Source of the DNA: Eledone cirrhosa | Taxonomy: Eukaryota | DNA length: 64,000 nt | Assembly: GCA_964016885.1 (NCBI GenBank) | Contig: OZ024743.1 | Coordinates: 131,068,001 to 131,132,000, forward strand | Direction of reading: 5' to 3' | Shown: piece by piece, positions 37,401-50,035 of the stretch | How the letters are laid out: the number at the start of each line of letters is the position of its first letter | Numbering within the stretch: the first letter of the stretch is position 1 | Notes under the pieces: model-generated | What the model was told of the DNA's origin: nothing | Seen by the model: the letters and a program-made list of their open reading frames with translations, nothing else | The model's database searches: none | Translations under genes and position numbers: made by a program

Positions 37401-39380
37401 GCTTGGTGTTAGGTGTTTGGTGCTTGGTGCTTGGTGCTTGGTGTTTAGTGCTTGGTGCTTGGTGTTTGTTGTTTGGTGCTTTCTGTTTGCTGCTTGGTGT
37501 TTGCTGCTTGGTGCTTGGTGATTGGTGTTTGGTGTTTGGTGCTAGGTGCTTGGTGTTTGGTGTTTGGTGTTTGATGCTTGGTGTTTGGTGCTTGGTGTTT
37601 GGTGCTTGGTGCCTGGGGCTTGGTGTTTGGTGCTTGGTGCTTGGTGCTTGGTGTTTGGTGCTTGGTGTTTGGTGTTTGGTGTTTGGTGCTTGGTGCTTGG
37701 TGTTTGGTGCTTGGTGCTTGGTGCTGGGTGGTTGGTATTTGGTGCTTGGTGCTTGGTGTTTGGTGCTTGGTGCTTGGTGCTTGGTGTTTGGTGCTTGGTG
37801 CTTGGTGCTTGGTCTTTGGTGCTTGGTGTTTGGTGTTTGGTGCTTGGTGCTTTGTGTTTGGTGCTTGGTGATTAGTGTTTGGTGCTTGGTACTTGGTGTT
37901 TGGTGCTTGGTGTTTGGTGTTTGCTGTTTGGTGTTTGGTGTTTGGTGTTTGCTGTTTGGTGTCTGCTTTTTGGTGTTTGGTGTTTGCTGTATGGTGTTTG
38001 CTGCTTCGTGTTTGGTGTTTGCTGTTTGGTGTTTGGTGTTTGCTGTTTGGTGTTTGGTCTTTGGTGCTTGGTGTTTGGTGCTTGGTGCTTGGTGTTTGGT
38101 GTTTGGTGCTTGGTGCTTGGTGCTTGGTGTTTGGTGCTTGGTGTCTGGTGCTTGGTGTCTGGTGCTTGGTGGTTGGTGTTTGGTGTTTGGCGCTTGGTGT
38201 TTGGTGTTTGGTGTTTGGTGTTTGGTGCTTGTTGCTTGGTGCTTGGTGCTTGGTGTTTGGTGCTTGGTGCTTGGTGTTTGGTGCTGGGTGCTTGGTGTTT
38301 GGTGCTTGGTGCTTGGTGCTTGGTGTTTGGTGCTTGGTGCTTGGTGTTTGGTGTTTGGTGTTATATGCTTGGTGTTTGATGCTTGGTGCTTGGTGCTTGG
38401 TGTTTGGTGTTTGGTGCTTGGTGTTTTATGCTTGGTGTTTGATGTTTGGTGCTTGGTGCTTGGTGTTTGGTGCTTGGTGCTTGGTGTTTGTACTTGGTGC
38501 TTGGTGCTTGGTTCTTGGTGTTTGGTGCTTGGTGCTTGGTGCTTGGTGCTTGGTGTTTGGTGCTTGGGGTTTGGTGCTTGGTGTTCGGTGCTTGCTGCCT
38601 GGTGCTTGGTGCTTGGTGCTTGGTGTTTGGTGCTTGGTGTTTGGTGCTTGGTATTAGGTGTTTGGTACTTGGTGCTTGGTGTTTGGTGTTTGGTGCTTGG
38701 TGTTTGGTGCTTGGTGTTTGGTGCTTGGTACTTGGTGCTTGGTGCTTGGTGTTAGGTGTTTGGTGCTTGGTGCTTGGTGTTTGGTTTTTGGTGCTTGGTG
38801 CTTGGTGTTTGGTGTTTGGTGCTTGCTGCTGGCTGCTTGGTGTTTGGTGCTTGGTGATTGGTGCTTGGTGTTTGGTGCTTGGTGTTTGGTGTTTGGTACT
38901 AGGTGCTTGGTGCTTGGTGTTTGGTGCTTGGTGCTTGGTGTTTGGTGTTTGGTGCTTGGTGCTTGGTGTTTGGTGCTTGGTGCTGGGTTCTGGGTGGTTG
39001 GTGTTTGGTGCTTGGTGTATGGTGCTGGGTGCTTGGTGTTTGGTGCTTGGTGCTTGGTCTTTGGTGTTTGGTGTTTGGTGTTTGGGGCTTGGTGCTTGGT
39101 GCTTGGTGCTTAGTGTTTGGTGCTAGGTGCTTGGGGTTTGGTGTTTGGTGCTTGGTGCTTGGGGTTTGGTGCTTGGTGCTTGGTGTTTGGTGTTTGGTGC
39201 TTGGTGCTTGGTGTTTGGTGTTTCCTGTTTGCTGTTTGGTGTTTGGTGTTTGGTGTTTGCTGTTTGGTGTCTGCTTTTTGGTGTTTGGTGTTTGCTGTAT
39301 GTTATTTGCTGTTTGGTGTTTGGTGTTTGGTGTTTGGTGCTTGGTGCTTGGTGTTTGGTGCTTGGTGCTTGGTGTTTGGT
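34452..39380 (+). repeat. Higher-order tandem duplication, period 2468 bp
   Basis: ORF pairs offset 2468 (34817/37285, 35407/37875, 36190/38658, 36649/39117). Shared private TTGGAGA (34523/36991) and TTGGCGC (about 35719/38187). Confidence 0.92.
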
Positions 39381-42300
39381 GTTTGGTGCTTGGTGCTTGG
39401 AGTTTGGTGTTTGGTGCTTGGTGCTTGGTGTTTTGTGTTTGGTGTTTGGTTTTTGGTGCTTGGTGCTTGGTGCTTGGTGCTTGGTCCTTGGTGTTTGGTG
39501 CTTGGTGCTTGGTGTTTGTACTTGGTGCTTGGTGCTTGGTGTTTGGTTCTTGGTTCTTGGTGTTTGGTACTTGGTGCTTGGTGCTTGGTGCTTGGTGTTT
39601 GGTGTTTGGTGCTTGGTGCTTGGTGCTTGGTGTTTGGTGCTTGGTGATTGATGCTTGGTGTTTGGTACTTGGTGCTTGGTGTTTGGTTTTTGGTGCTAGG
39701 TGCTTGGTGCTTGGTGTTTGGTGCTTGGTGTTTGGTGTTTGGTGCTTGGTGCTTGGTGTTTGGTACTTGGTGCTTGGTGCTTGGTGTTTGGTGCTTGGTG
39801 CTTGGTGTTTGGTGTTTGGTGTTTGGTGCTTGGTGCTTGGTGTTTGGTGCTTGGTGCTGGGTGGTTGGTGTTTGGTGCTTGGTGCTTGGTGTTTTGTGCT
39901 AGGTGCATGGTGCCTGGTGTTTGGTGCTTGGTGCTTGGTGCTTGGTCTTTGGTGTTTGGTGTTTAGTGCTTGGTGCTTGGTGCTTGGTGCTTGGTGCTTG
40001 GTGCTTGGTGCTTGGTCCTTGGTGTTTGGTGCTTGGTGCTTGGTGTTTGGTGTTTGGTGCTTGGTGCTTGGTGCTTCGTGTTTGGTGTTTGGTGCTTGGT
40101 GTCTGGAGCTTGGTGTTTGGTGTTTGGTGCTTGGTGTTTGGTGTTTGGTGCTTGGTGCTTGGTGTTTGGTGCTTGGTGCTTGGTGTTTGTACTTGGTGCT
40201 TGGTGCTTGGTGTTTGGTGCTTGGTTCTTGGTGTTTGGTGCTTGGTGTTTGGAGCTTGGTGCTTGGTGTTTTGTGCTTGGTGCTTGGTGTTTGTACTTGG
40301 TGCTTGGTGCTTGGTGTTTGGTGCTTGGTTCTTGGTGTTTGGTGCTTGGTGTTTGGAGCTTGGTGCTTGGTGTTTGGTGCTTGCTGCTTTGTGTTTGGTG
40401 TTTGGTGCTTGGTGCTTGGTGTTTGGTGTTTGGTGCTTGGTGTTTGGTGTTTGGTGCTTGGTGCTTGGTGTTTGTTGCTTGGTACTTGGTGCATGGTGTT
40501 TGGTGCTGGGTGCTTGGTGTTTTGTGCTTGGTTCTTGGTGTTTGGTGTTTGGTGCTTGGTACTTGGTGTCTGGAGCTTGGTGTTTGGTGTTTGGTGCTTG
40601 GTGTTTGGTGCTTGGTGCTTGGTGTTTGGTGTTTGGTGTTTGATGCTTGGTGTTTTATGCTTGGTGCTTGGTGTTTGGTGCTTGGTGTTTGTATTTGGTG
40701 CTTGGTGCTTGGTGTTTTGTGCTTGGTCTTTGGTGCTTGGTGTTTGGTGTTTGGTGCTTGGTGCTTTGTGTTTGGTGCTTGGTGATTAGTGTTTGGTGCT
40801 TGGTACTTGGTGTTTGGTGCTTGGTGTTTGGTGTTTGCTGTTTGGTGTTTGGTGTTTGGTGTTTGCTGTTTGGTGTCTGCTTTTTGGTGTTTGGTGTTTG
40901 CTGTATGGTGTTTGCTGTTTCGTGTTTGGTGTTTGCTGTTTGGTGTTTGGTGTTTGCTGTTTGGTGTTTGGTCTTTGGTGCTTGGTGTTTGGTGCTTGGT
41001 GCTTGGTGTTTGGTGTTTGGTGCTTGGTGCTTGGTGCTTGGTGTCTGGTGCTTGGTGTCTGGTGCTTGGTGTTTGGTGTTTGGTGTTTGGTGCTTGGTGT
41101 TTGGTGTTTGGTGTTTGGTGTTTGGTGCTTGTTGCTTGGTGCTTGGTGCTTGGTGTTTGGTGCTTGGTGCTTGGTGTTTGGTGCTGGGTGCTTGGTGTTT
41201 GGTGCTTGGTGCTTGGTGCTTGGTGTTTGGTGTTTGGTGCTTGGTGCTTGGTGTTTGGTGTTTGGTGTTATATGCTTGGTGTTTGATGCTTGGTGCTTGG
41301 TGCTTGGTGTTTGGTGTTTGGTGCTTGGTGTTTTATGCTTGGTGTTTGATGTTTGGTGCTTGGTGCTTGGTGTTTGGTGCTTGGTGCTTGGTGTTTGTAC
41401 TTGGTGCTTGGTGCTTGGTTCTTGGTGTTTGGTGCTTGGTGCTTGGTGCTTGGTGCTTGGTGTTTGGTGCTTGGGGTTTGGTGCTTGGTGTTCGGTGCTT
41501 GCTGCCTGGTGCTTGGTGCTTGGTGCTTGGTGTTTGGTGCTTGGTGTTTGGTGCTTGGTATTAGGTGTTTGGTACTTGGTGCTTGGTGTTTGGTGTTTGG
41601 TGCTTGGTGTTTGGTGCTTGGTGTTTGGTGTTTGGTGCTTGGTGTTTGGTGCTTGGTACTTGGTGCTTGGTGCTTGGTGTTAGGTGTTTGGTGCTTGGTG
41701 CTTGGTGTTTGGTTTTTGGTGCTTGGTGCTTGGTGTTTGGTGTTTGGTGCTTGCTGCTGGCTGCTTGGTGTTTGGTGCTTGGTGATTGGTGCTTGGTGTT
41801 TGGTGCTTGGTGTTTGGTGTTTGGTACTAGGTGCTTGGTGCTTGGTGTTTGGTGCTTGGTGCTTGGTGTTTGGTGTTTGGTGCTTGGTGCTTGGTGTTTG
41901 GTGCTTGGTGCTGGGTTCTGGGTGGTTGGTGTTTGGTGCTTGGTGTATGGTGCTGGGTGCTTGGTGTTTGGTGCTTGGTGCTTGGTCTTTGGTGTTTGGT
42001 GTTTGGTGTTTGGGGCTTGGTGCTTGGTGCTTGGTGCTTAGTGTTTGGTGCTAGGTGCTTGGGGTTTGGTGTTTGGTGCTTGGTGCTTGGTGTTTGGTGC
42101 TTGGTGCTTGGTGTTTGGTGTTTGGTGCTTGGTGCTTGGTGTTTGGTGTTTCCTGTTTGCTGTTTGGTGTTTGGTGTTTGGTGTTTGCTGTTTGGTGTCT
42201 GCTTTTTGGTGTTTGGTGTTTGCTGTATGTTATTTGCTGTTTGGTGTTTGGTGTTTGGTGTTTGGTGCTTGGTGCTTGGTGTTTGGTGCTTGGTGCTTGG

Positions 42301-43620
42301 TGTTTGGTGCCTGGTGCTTGGGGCTTGGTGTTTGGTGTTTGGTGCTTGGTGCTTGGAGTTTGGTGTTTGGTGCTTGGTGCTTGGTGCTTGGTCCTTGGTG
42401 TTTGGTGCTTGGTGCTTGGTGTTTGTACTTGGTGCTTGGTGCTTGGTGTTTGGTTCTTGGTTCTTGGTGTTTGGTACTTGGTGCTTGGTGCTTGGTGCTT
42501 GGTGTTTGGTGTTTGGTGCTTGGTGTTTGGTGCTTGGTGCTTGGTGCTTGGTGTTAGGTGTTTGGTGCTTGGTGCTTGGTGTTTGGTGCTTGGTGATTGA
42601 TGCTTCGTGTTTGGTACTTGGTGCTTGGTGTTTGGTTTTTGGTGCTAGGTGCTTGGTGCTTGGTGTTTGGTGCTTGGTGTTTGGTGTTTGGTGCTTGGTG
42701 CTTGGTGTTTGGTACTTGGTGCTTGGTGCTTGGTGTTTGGTGCTTGGTGCTTGGTGTTTGGTGTTTGGTGTTTGGTGCTTGGTGCTTGGTGTTTGGTGCT
42801 TGGTGCTGGGTGGTTGGTGTTTGGTGCTTGGTGCTTGGTGTTTTGTGCTAGGTGCATGGTGCCTGGTGTTTGGTGCTTGGTGCTTGGTGCTTGGTCTTTG
42901 GTGTTTGGTGTTTAGTGCTTGGTGCTTGGTGCTTGGTGCTTGGTGCTTGGTGCTTGGTCCTTGGTGTTTGGTGCTTGGTGCTTGGTGTTTGGTGTTTGGT
43001 GCTTGGTGCTTGGTGCTTCGTGTTTGGTGTTTGGTGCTTGGTGTCTGGAGCTTGGTGTTTGGTGTTTGGTGCTTGGTGTTTGGTGTTTGGTGCTTGGTGC
43101 TTGGTGTTTGGTGCTTGGTGCTTGGTGTTTGTACTTGGTGCTTGGTGCTTGGTGTTTGGTGCTTGGTTCTTGGTGTTTGGTGCTTGGTGTTTGGAGCTTG
43201 GTGCTTGGTGTTTGGTGCTTGGTGCTTGGTGTTTGTACTTGGTGCTTGGTGCTTGGTGTTTGGTGCTTGGTTCTTGGTGTTTGGTGCTTGGTGTTTGGAG
43301 CTTGGTGCTTGGTGTTTGGTGCTTGCTGCTTGGTGTTTGGTGTTTGGTGCTTGGTGCTTGGTGTTTGGTGTTTGGTGCTTGGTGTTTGGTGTTTGGTGCT
43401 TGGCGCTTGGTGTTTGTTGCTTGGTACTTGGTGCATGGTGTTTGGTGCTGGGTGCTTGGTGTTTTGTGCTTGGTTCTTGGTGTTTGGTGTTTGGTGCTTG
43501 GTACTTGGTGTCTGGAGCTTGGTGTTTGGTGTTTGGTGTTTGATGCTTGGTGTTTTATGCTTGGTGCTTGGTGTTTGGTGCTTGGTGTTTGTATTTGGTG
43601 CTTGGTGCTTGGTGTTTTGT
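37810..43620 (+). repeat. Higher-order tandem duplication, period about 2.9 kb, overlapping the 2468-bp pair
   Basis: Offsets 2907-2949 between ORF pairs 38446/41353, 39117/42045, 39648/42597, 39903/42852. The offsets differ by multiples of 7. Shared TTGGTAC two monomers after GATTGATGC (about 39662/42611) and TTGCTGC (about 40381/43323). Confidence 0.82.
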
Positions 43621-44070
43621 GCTTGGTTCTTGGTGTTTGGTGTTTGGTGCTTGGTACTTGGTGCTTGGTGTTAGGTGTTTGGTGCTTGGTGCTTGGTGTT
43701 AGGTGTTTGGTCCTTGGTGCTTGGTGCTTGGTGTTTAGTGCTTGGTGCTTGGTGTTTGTTGTTTGGTGCTTTCTGTTTGCTGCTTGGTGTTTGCTGCTTG
43801 GTGCTTGGTGCTTGGTGCTTGGTGTTTGCTGCTTGGTGTTTGTATTTGGTGCTTGGTGCTTGGTGTTTTGTGCTTGGTTCTTGGTGTTTGGTGTTTGGTG
43901 CTTGGTACTTGGTTCTTGGTGTTAGGTGTTTGGTGCTTGGTGCTTGGTGTTTGGTGTTTGGTCCTTGGTGCTTGGTGCTTGGTGTTTAGTGCTTGGTGCT
44001 TGGTGTTTGTTCTTTGGTGCTTTCTGTTTGCTGCTTGGTGTTTGCTGCTTGGTGCTTGGTGCTTGGTGTT
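43575..44070 (+). repeat. Local 251-bp (36-monomer) tandem duplication
   Basis: TTGTAT at 43589 and 43840, each followed by TTTGTGC-TTGGTTC...TAGGTGT...TTGGTCC...TTAGTGC...TTTCTGT. Confidence 0.85.
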
Positions 44071-47000
44071 TGGTGTTTGGTGCTAGGTGCTTGGTGTTTG
44101 GTGTTTGGTGTTTGATGCTTGGTGTTTGGTGCTTGGTGTTTGGTGCTTGGTGCTTGGGGCTTGGTGTTTGGTGCTTGGTGCTTGGTGCTTGGTGTTTGGT
44201 GCTTGGTGCTTGGTGTTTGGTGTTTGGTGTTTGGTGCTTGGTGCTTGGTGTTTGGTGCTTGGTGCTTGGTGCTGGGTGGTTGGTCTTTGGTGCTTGGTGC
44301 TTGGTGTTTGGTGCTTGGGGCTTGGTGCTTGGTGTTTGGTGCTTGGTGCTTGGTGCTTGTCTTTGGTGCTTGGTGTTTGGTGTTTGGTGCTTGGTGCTTT
44401 GTGTTTGGTGCTTGGTGATTAGTGTTTGGTGCTTGGTACTTGGTGTTTGGTGCTTGGTGTTTGGTGTTTGCTGTTTGGTGTTTGCTGTTTGCTGTTTGCT
44501 GTTTGGTGTCTGCTTTTTGGTGTTTGGTGTTTGCTGTATGGTGTTTGCTGTTTCGTGTTTGGTGTTTGCTGTTTGGTGTTTGGTGTTTGCTGTTTGGTGT
44601 TTGGTCTTTGGTGCTTGGTGTTTGGTGCTTGGTGCTTGGTGTTTGGTGTTTGGTGCTTGGTGCTTGGTGCTTGGTGTTTGGTGCTTGGTGCTTGGTGTTT
44701 GGTGTTTGGTGTTTGGTGCTTGGTGCTTGGTGTTTGGTGCTTGGTGCTGGGTGGTTGGTGTTTGGTGCTTGGTGCTTGGTGTTTCGTGCTAGGTGCATGG
44801 TGCTTGGTGTTTGGTGCTTGGTGCTTGGTGCTTGGTCTTTGGTGTTTGGTGTTTAGTGCTTGGTGCTTGGTGCTTGGTGCTTGGTGCTTGGTCCTTGGTG
44901 TTTGGTGCTTGGTGCTTGGTGTTTGGTGTTTGGTGCTTGGTGCTTGGTGCTTCGTGTTTGGTGTTTGGTGCTTGGTGTCTGGAGCTTGGTGTTTGGTGTT
45001 TGGTGCTTGGTGTTTGGTGTTTGGTGCTTGGTGCTTGGTGTTTGGTGCTTGGTGCTTGGTGTTTGTACTTGGTGCTTGGTGCTTGGTGTTTGGTGCTTGG
45101 TTCTTGGTGTTTGGTGCTTGGTGTTTGGAGCTTGGTGCTTGGTGTTTGGTGCTTGGTGCTTGGTGTTTGTACTTGGTGCTTGGTGCTTGGTGTTTGGTGC
45201 TTGGTTCTTGGTGTTTGGTGCTTGGTGTTTGGAGCTTGGTGCTTGGTGTTTGGTGCTTGGTGCTTGGTGTTTGGTGTTTGGTGCTTGGTGCTTGGTGTTT
45301 GGTGTTTGGTGCTTGGTGTTTGGTGTTTGGTGCTTGGTGCTTGGTGTTTGTTGCTTGGTACTTGGTGCATGGTGTTTGGTGCTGGGTGCTTGGTGTTTTG
45401 TGCTTGGTTCTTGGTGTTTGGTGTTTGGTGCTTGGTACTTGGTGTCTGGAGCTGGGTGTTTGGTGTTTGGTGCTTGGTGTTTGGTGCTTGGTGCTTGGTG
45501 TTTGGTGTTTGGTGTTTGATGCTTGGTGTTTTATGCTTGGTGCTTGGTGTTTGGTGCTTGGTGTTTGTATTTGGTGCTTGGTGCTTGGTGTTTTGTGCTT
45601 GGTTCTTGGTGTTTGGTGTTTGGTGCTTGGTACTTGGTGCTTGGTGTTAGGTGTTTGGTGCTTGGTGCTTGGTGTTTGGTGTTTGGTCCTTGGTGCTTGG
45701 TCCTTGGTGTTTAGTGCTTGGTGCTTGGTGTTTGTTGTTTGGTGCTTTCTGTTTGCTGCTTGGTGTTTGCTGCTTGGTGCTTGGTGCTTGGAGTTTGGTG
45801 TTTGGTGCTAGGTGCTTGGTGTTTGGTGTTTGGTGTTTGATGCTTGGTGTTTGGTGCTTGGTGTTTGGTGCTTGGTGCCTGGGGCTTGGTGTTTGGTGCT
45901 TGGTGCTTGGTGCTTGGTGTTTGGTGCTTGGTGCTTGGTGTTTGGTGTTTGGTGTTTGGTGCTTGGTGCTTGGTGTTTGGTGCTTGGTGCTTGGTGCTGG
46001 GTGGTTGGTATTTGGTGCTTGGTGCTTGGTGTTTGGTGCTTGGTGCTTGGTGCTTGGTGTTTAGTGCTTGGTGCTTGGTGCTTGGTCTTTGGTGCTTGGT
46101 GTTTGGTGTTTGGTGCTTGGTGCTTTGTGTTTGGTGCTTGGTGATTAGTGTTTGGTGCTTGGTACTTGGTGTTTGGTGCTTGGTGTTTGGTGTTTGCTGT
46201 TTGGTGTTTCGTGTTTGGTGTTTGCTGTTTGGTGTCTGCTTTTTCGTGTTTGGTGTTTGCTGTATGGTGTTTGCTGTTTCGTGTTTAGTGTTTGCTGTTT
46301 GGTGTTTGGTGTTTGCTGTTTGGTGTTTGGTCTTTGGTGCTTGGTGTTTGGTGCTTGGTGCTTGGTGTTTGGTGTTTGGTGCTTGGTGCTTGGTGCTTGG
46401 TGTTTGGTGCTTGGTGTCTGGTGCTTGGTGTCTGGTGCTTGGTGTTTGGTGTTTGGTGTTTGGTGCTTGGTGTTTGGTGTTTGGTGTTTGGTGTTTGGTG
46501 CTTGTTGCTTGGTGCTTGGTGCTTGGTGTTTGGTGCTTGGTGCTTGGTGTTTGGTGCTGGGTGCTTGGTGTTTGGTGCTTGGTGCTTGGTGCTTGGTGTT
46601 TGGTGTTTGGTGCTTGGTGCTTGGTGTTTGGTGTTTGGTGTTATATGCTTGGTGTTTGATGCTTGGTGCTTGGTGCTTGGTGTTTGGTGTTTGGTGATTG
46701 GTGTTTTATGCTTGGTGTTTGATGTTTGGTGCTTGGTGCTTGGTGTTTGGTGCTTGGTGCTTGGTGTTTGTACTTGGTGCTTGGTGCTTGGTTCTTGGTG
46801 TTTGGTGCTTGGTGCTTGGTGCTTGGTGCTTGGTGTTTGGTGCTTGGGGTTTGGTGCTTGGTGTTCGGTGCTTGCTGCCTGGTGCTTGGTGCTTGGTGCT
46901 TGGTGTTTGGTGCTTGGTGTTTGGTGCTTGGTATTAGGTGTTTGGTGCTTGGTGCTGGGTGTTTGGTGTTTGGTGCTTGGTGTTTGGTGCTTGGTGTTTG

Positions 47001-47719
47001 GTGTTTGGTGCTTGGTGTTTGGTGCTTGGTACTTGGTGCTTGGTGCTTGGTGTTAGGTGTTTGGTGCTTGGTGCTTGGTGTTTGGTTTTTGGTGCTTGGT
47101 GCTTGGTGTTTGGTGTTTGGTGCCTGCTGCTGGCTGCTTGGTGTTTGGTGCTTGGTGATTGGTGCTTGGTGTTTGGTGCTTGGTGTTTGGTGTTTGGTAC
47201 TAGGTGCTTGGTGCTTGGTGTTTGGTGCTTGGTGCTTGGTGTTTGGTGTTTGGTGCTTGGTGCTTGGTGTTTGGTGCTTGGTGCTGGGTTCTGGGTGGTT
47301 GGTGTTTGGTGCTTGGTGTTTGGTGCTGGGTGCTTGGTGTTTGGTGCTTGGTGCTTGGTCTTTGGTGTTTGGTGTTTGGTGTTTGGGGCTTGGTGCTTGG
47401 TGCTTAGTGTTTGGTGCTAGGTGCTTGGGGTTTGGTGTTTGGTGCTTGGTGCTTGGTGTTTGGTGCTTGGTGCTTGGTGTTTGGTGTTTGGTGCTTGGTG
47501 CTTGGTGTTTGGTGTTTGGTGTTTGGTGCTTGGTGCTTGGTGCTTGGTGTTAGGTGCTTGGTGCTGGGTGGTTGGTGTTTGGTGCTTGGTGCTTGGTGTT
47601 TCGTGCTAGGTGCATGGTGCTTGGTGTTTGGTGCTTGGTGCTTGGTGCTTGGTCTTTGGTGTTTGGTGTTTAGTGCTTGGTGCTTGGTGCTTGGTCCTTG
47701 GTGTTTGGTGCTTGGTGCT

Positions 47720-48250
47720 TGGTGTTTGGTGTTTGGTGCTTGGTGCTTGGTGCTTCGTGTTTGGTGTTTGGTGCTTGGTGTCTGGAGCTTGGTGTTTGGT
47801 GTTTGGTGCTTGGTGTTTGGTGTTTGGTGCTTGGTGCTTGGTGTTTGGTGCTTGGTGCTTGGTGTTTGTACTTGGTGCTTGGTGCTTGGTGTTTGGTGCT
47901 TGGTTCTTGGTGTTTGGTGCTTGGTGTTTGGAGCTTGGTGCTTGGTGTTTGGTGCTTGGTGCTTGGTGTTTGTACTTGGTGCTTGGTGTTTGGTGTTTGG
48001 TGCTTGGTGCTTGGTGCTTCGTGTTTGGTGTTTGGTGCTTGGTGTCTGGAGCTTGGTGTTTGGTGTTTGGTGCTTTGTGTTTGGTGTTTGGTGCTTGGTG
48101 CTTGGTGTTTGGTGCTTGGTGCTTGGTGTTTGTACTTGGTGCTTGGTGCTTGGTGTTTGGTGCTTGGTTCTTGGTGTTTGGTGCTTGGTGTTTGGAGCTT
48201 GGTGCTTGGTGTTTGGTGCTTGGTGCTTGGTGTTTGTACTTGGTGCTTGG
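47720..48250 (+). repeat. Local 264-bp (38-monomer) tandem duplication
   Basis: TTCGTGT at 47754/48018, CTGGAGC twice, TTGTAC at 47866/48130 and 47970/48234. Confidence 0.87.
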
Positions 48251-50035
48251 TGCTTGGTGTTTGGTGCTTGGTTCTTGGTGTTTGGTGCTTGGTGTTTGGA
48301 GCTTGGTGCTTGGTGTTTGGTGCTTGGTGCTTGGTGTTTGGTGTTTGGTGCTTGGTGCTTGGTGTTTGGTGTTTGGTGCTTGGTGTTTGGTGTTTTGTGC
48401 TTGGTGCTTGGTGTTTGTTGCTTGGTACTTGGTGCATGGTGTTTGGTGCTGGGTGCTTGGTGTTTTGTGCTTGGTTCTTGGTGTTTGGTGTTTGGTGCTT
48501 GGTACTTGGTGTCTGGAGCTTGGTGTTTGGTGTTTGGTGCTTGGTGTTTGGTGCTTGGTGCTTGGTGTTTGGTGTTTGGTGCTTGGTGCTTGGTGTTTTG
48601 TGCTTGGTTCTTGGTGTTTGGTGTTTGGTGCTTGGTACTTGGTGCTTGGTGTTAGGTGTTTGGTGCTTGGTGCTTGGTGTTTGGTGTTTGGTCCTTGGTG
48701 CTTGGTGCTTGGTGTTTAGTGCTTGGTGCTTGGTGTTTGTTGTTTGGTGCTTTCTGTTTGCTGCTTGGTGTTTGCTGCTTGGTGCTTGGTGCTTGGTGTT
48801 TGGTGTTTGGTGCTAGGTGCTTGGTGTTTGGTGTTTGGTGTTTGATGCTTGGTGTTTGGTGCTTGGTATTTGGTGCTTGGTGCTTGGGGCTTGGTGTTTG
48901 GTGCTTGGTGCTTGGTGCTTGGTGTTTGGTGCTTGGTGCTTGGTGTTTGGTGTTTGGTGTTTGGTGCTTGGTGCTTGGTGTTTGGTGCTTGGTGCTTGGT
49001 GCTGGGTGGTTGGTATTTGGTGCTTGGTGCTTGGTGTTTGGTGCTTGGGGCTTGGTGCTTGGTGTTTGGTACTTGGTGCTTGGTGCTTGTCTTTGGTGCT
49101 TGGTGTTTGGTGTTTGGTGCTTGGTGCTTTGTGTTTGGTGCTTGGTGATTAGTGTTTGGTGCTTGGTACTTGGTGTTTGGTGCTTGGTGTTTGGTGTTTG
49201 CTGTTTGGTGTTTGCTGTTTGCTGTTTGCTTTTTGGTGTCTGCTTTTTGGTGTTTGGTGTTTGCTGTATGGTGTTTGCTGTTTCGTGTTTGGTGTTTGCT
49301 GTTTGGTGTTTGGTGTTTGCTGTTTGGTGTTTGGTCTTTGGTGCTTGGTGTTTGGTGCTTGGTGCTTGGTGTTTGGTGTTTGGTGCTTGGTGCTTGGTGC
49401 TTGGTGTTTGGTGCTTGGTGCTTGGTGTTTGGTGTTTGGTGTTTGGTGCTTGGTGCTTGGTGTTTGGTGCTTGGTGCTGGGTGGTTGGTGTTTGGTGCTT
49501 GGTGCTTGGTGTTTCGTGCTAGGTGCATGGTGCTTGGTGTTTGGTGGTTGGTGCTTGGTGCTTGGTCTTTGGTGTTTGGTGTTTAGTGCTTGGTGCTTGG
49601 TGCTTGGTGCTTGGTGCTTGGTCCTTGGTGTTTGGTGCTTGGTGCTTGGTGTTTGGTGTTTGGTGCTTGGTGCTTGGTGCTTCGTGTTTGGTGTTTGGTG
49701 CTTGGTGTCTGGAGCTTGGTGTTTGGTGTTTGGTGCTTGGTGTTTGGTGTTTGGTGCTTGGTGCTTGGTGTTTGGTGCTTGGTGCTTGGTGTTTGTACTT
49801 GGTGCTTGGTGCTTGGTGTTTGGTGCTTGGTTCTTGGTGTTTGGTGCTTGGTGTTTGGAGCTTGGTGCTTGGTGTTTGGTGCTTGGTGCTTGGTGTTTGT
49901 ACTTGGTGCTTGGTGCTTGGTGTTTGGTGCTTGGTTCTTGGTGTTTGGTGCTTGGTGTTTGGAGCTTGGTGCTTGGTGTTTGGTGCTTGGTGCTTGGTGT
50001 TTGGTGTTTGGTGCTTGGTGCTTGGTGTTTGGTGT

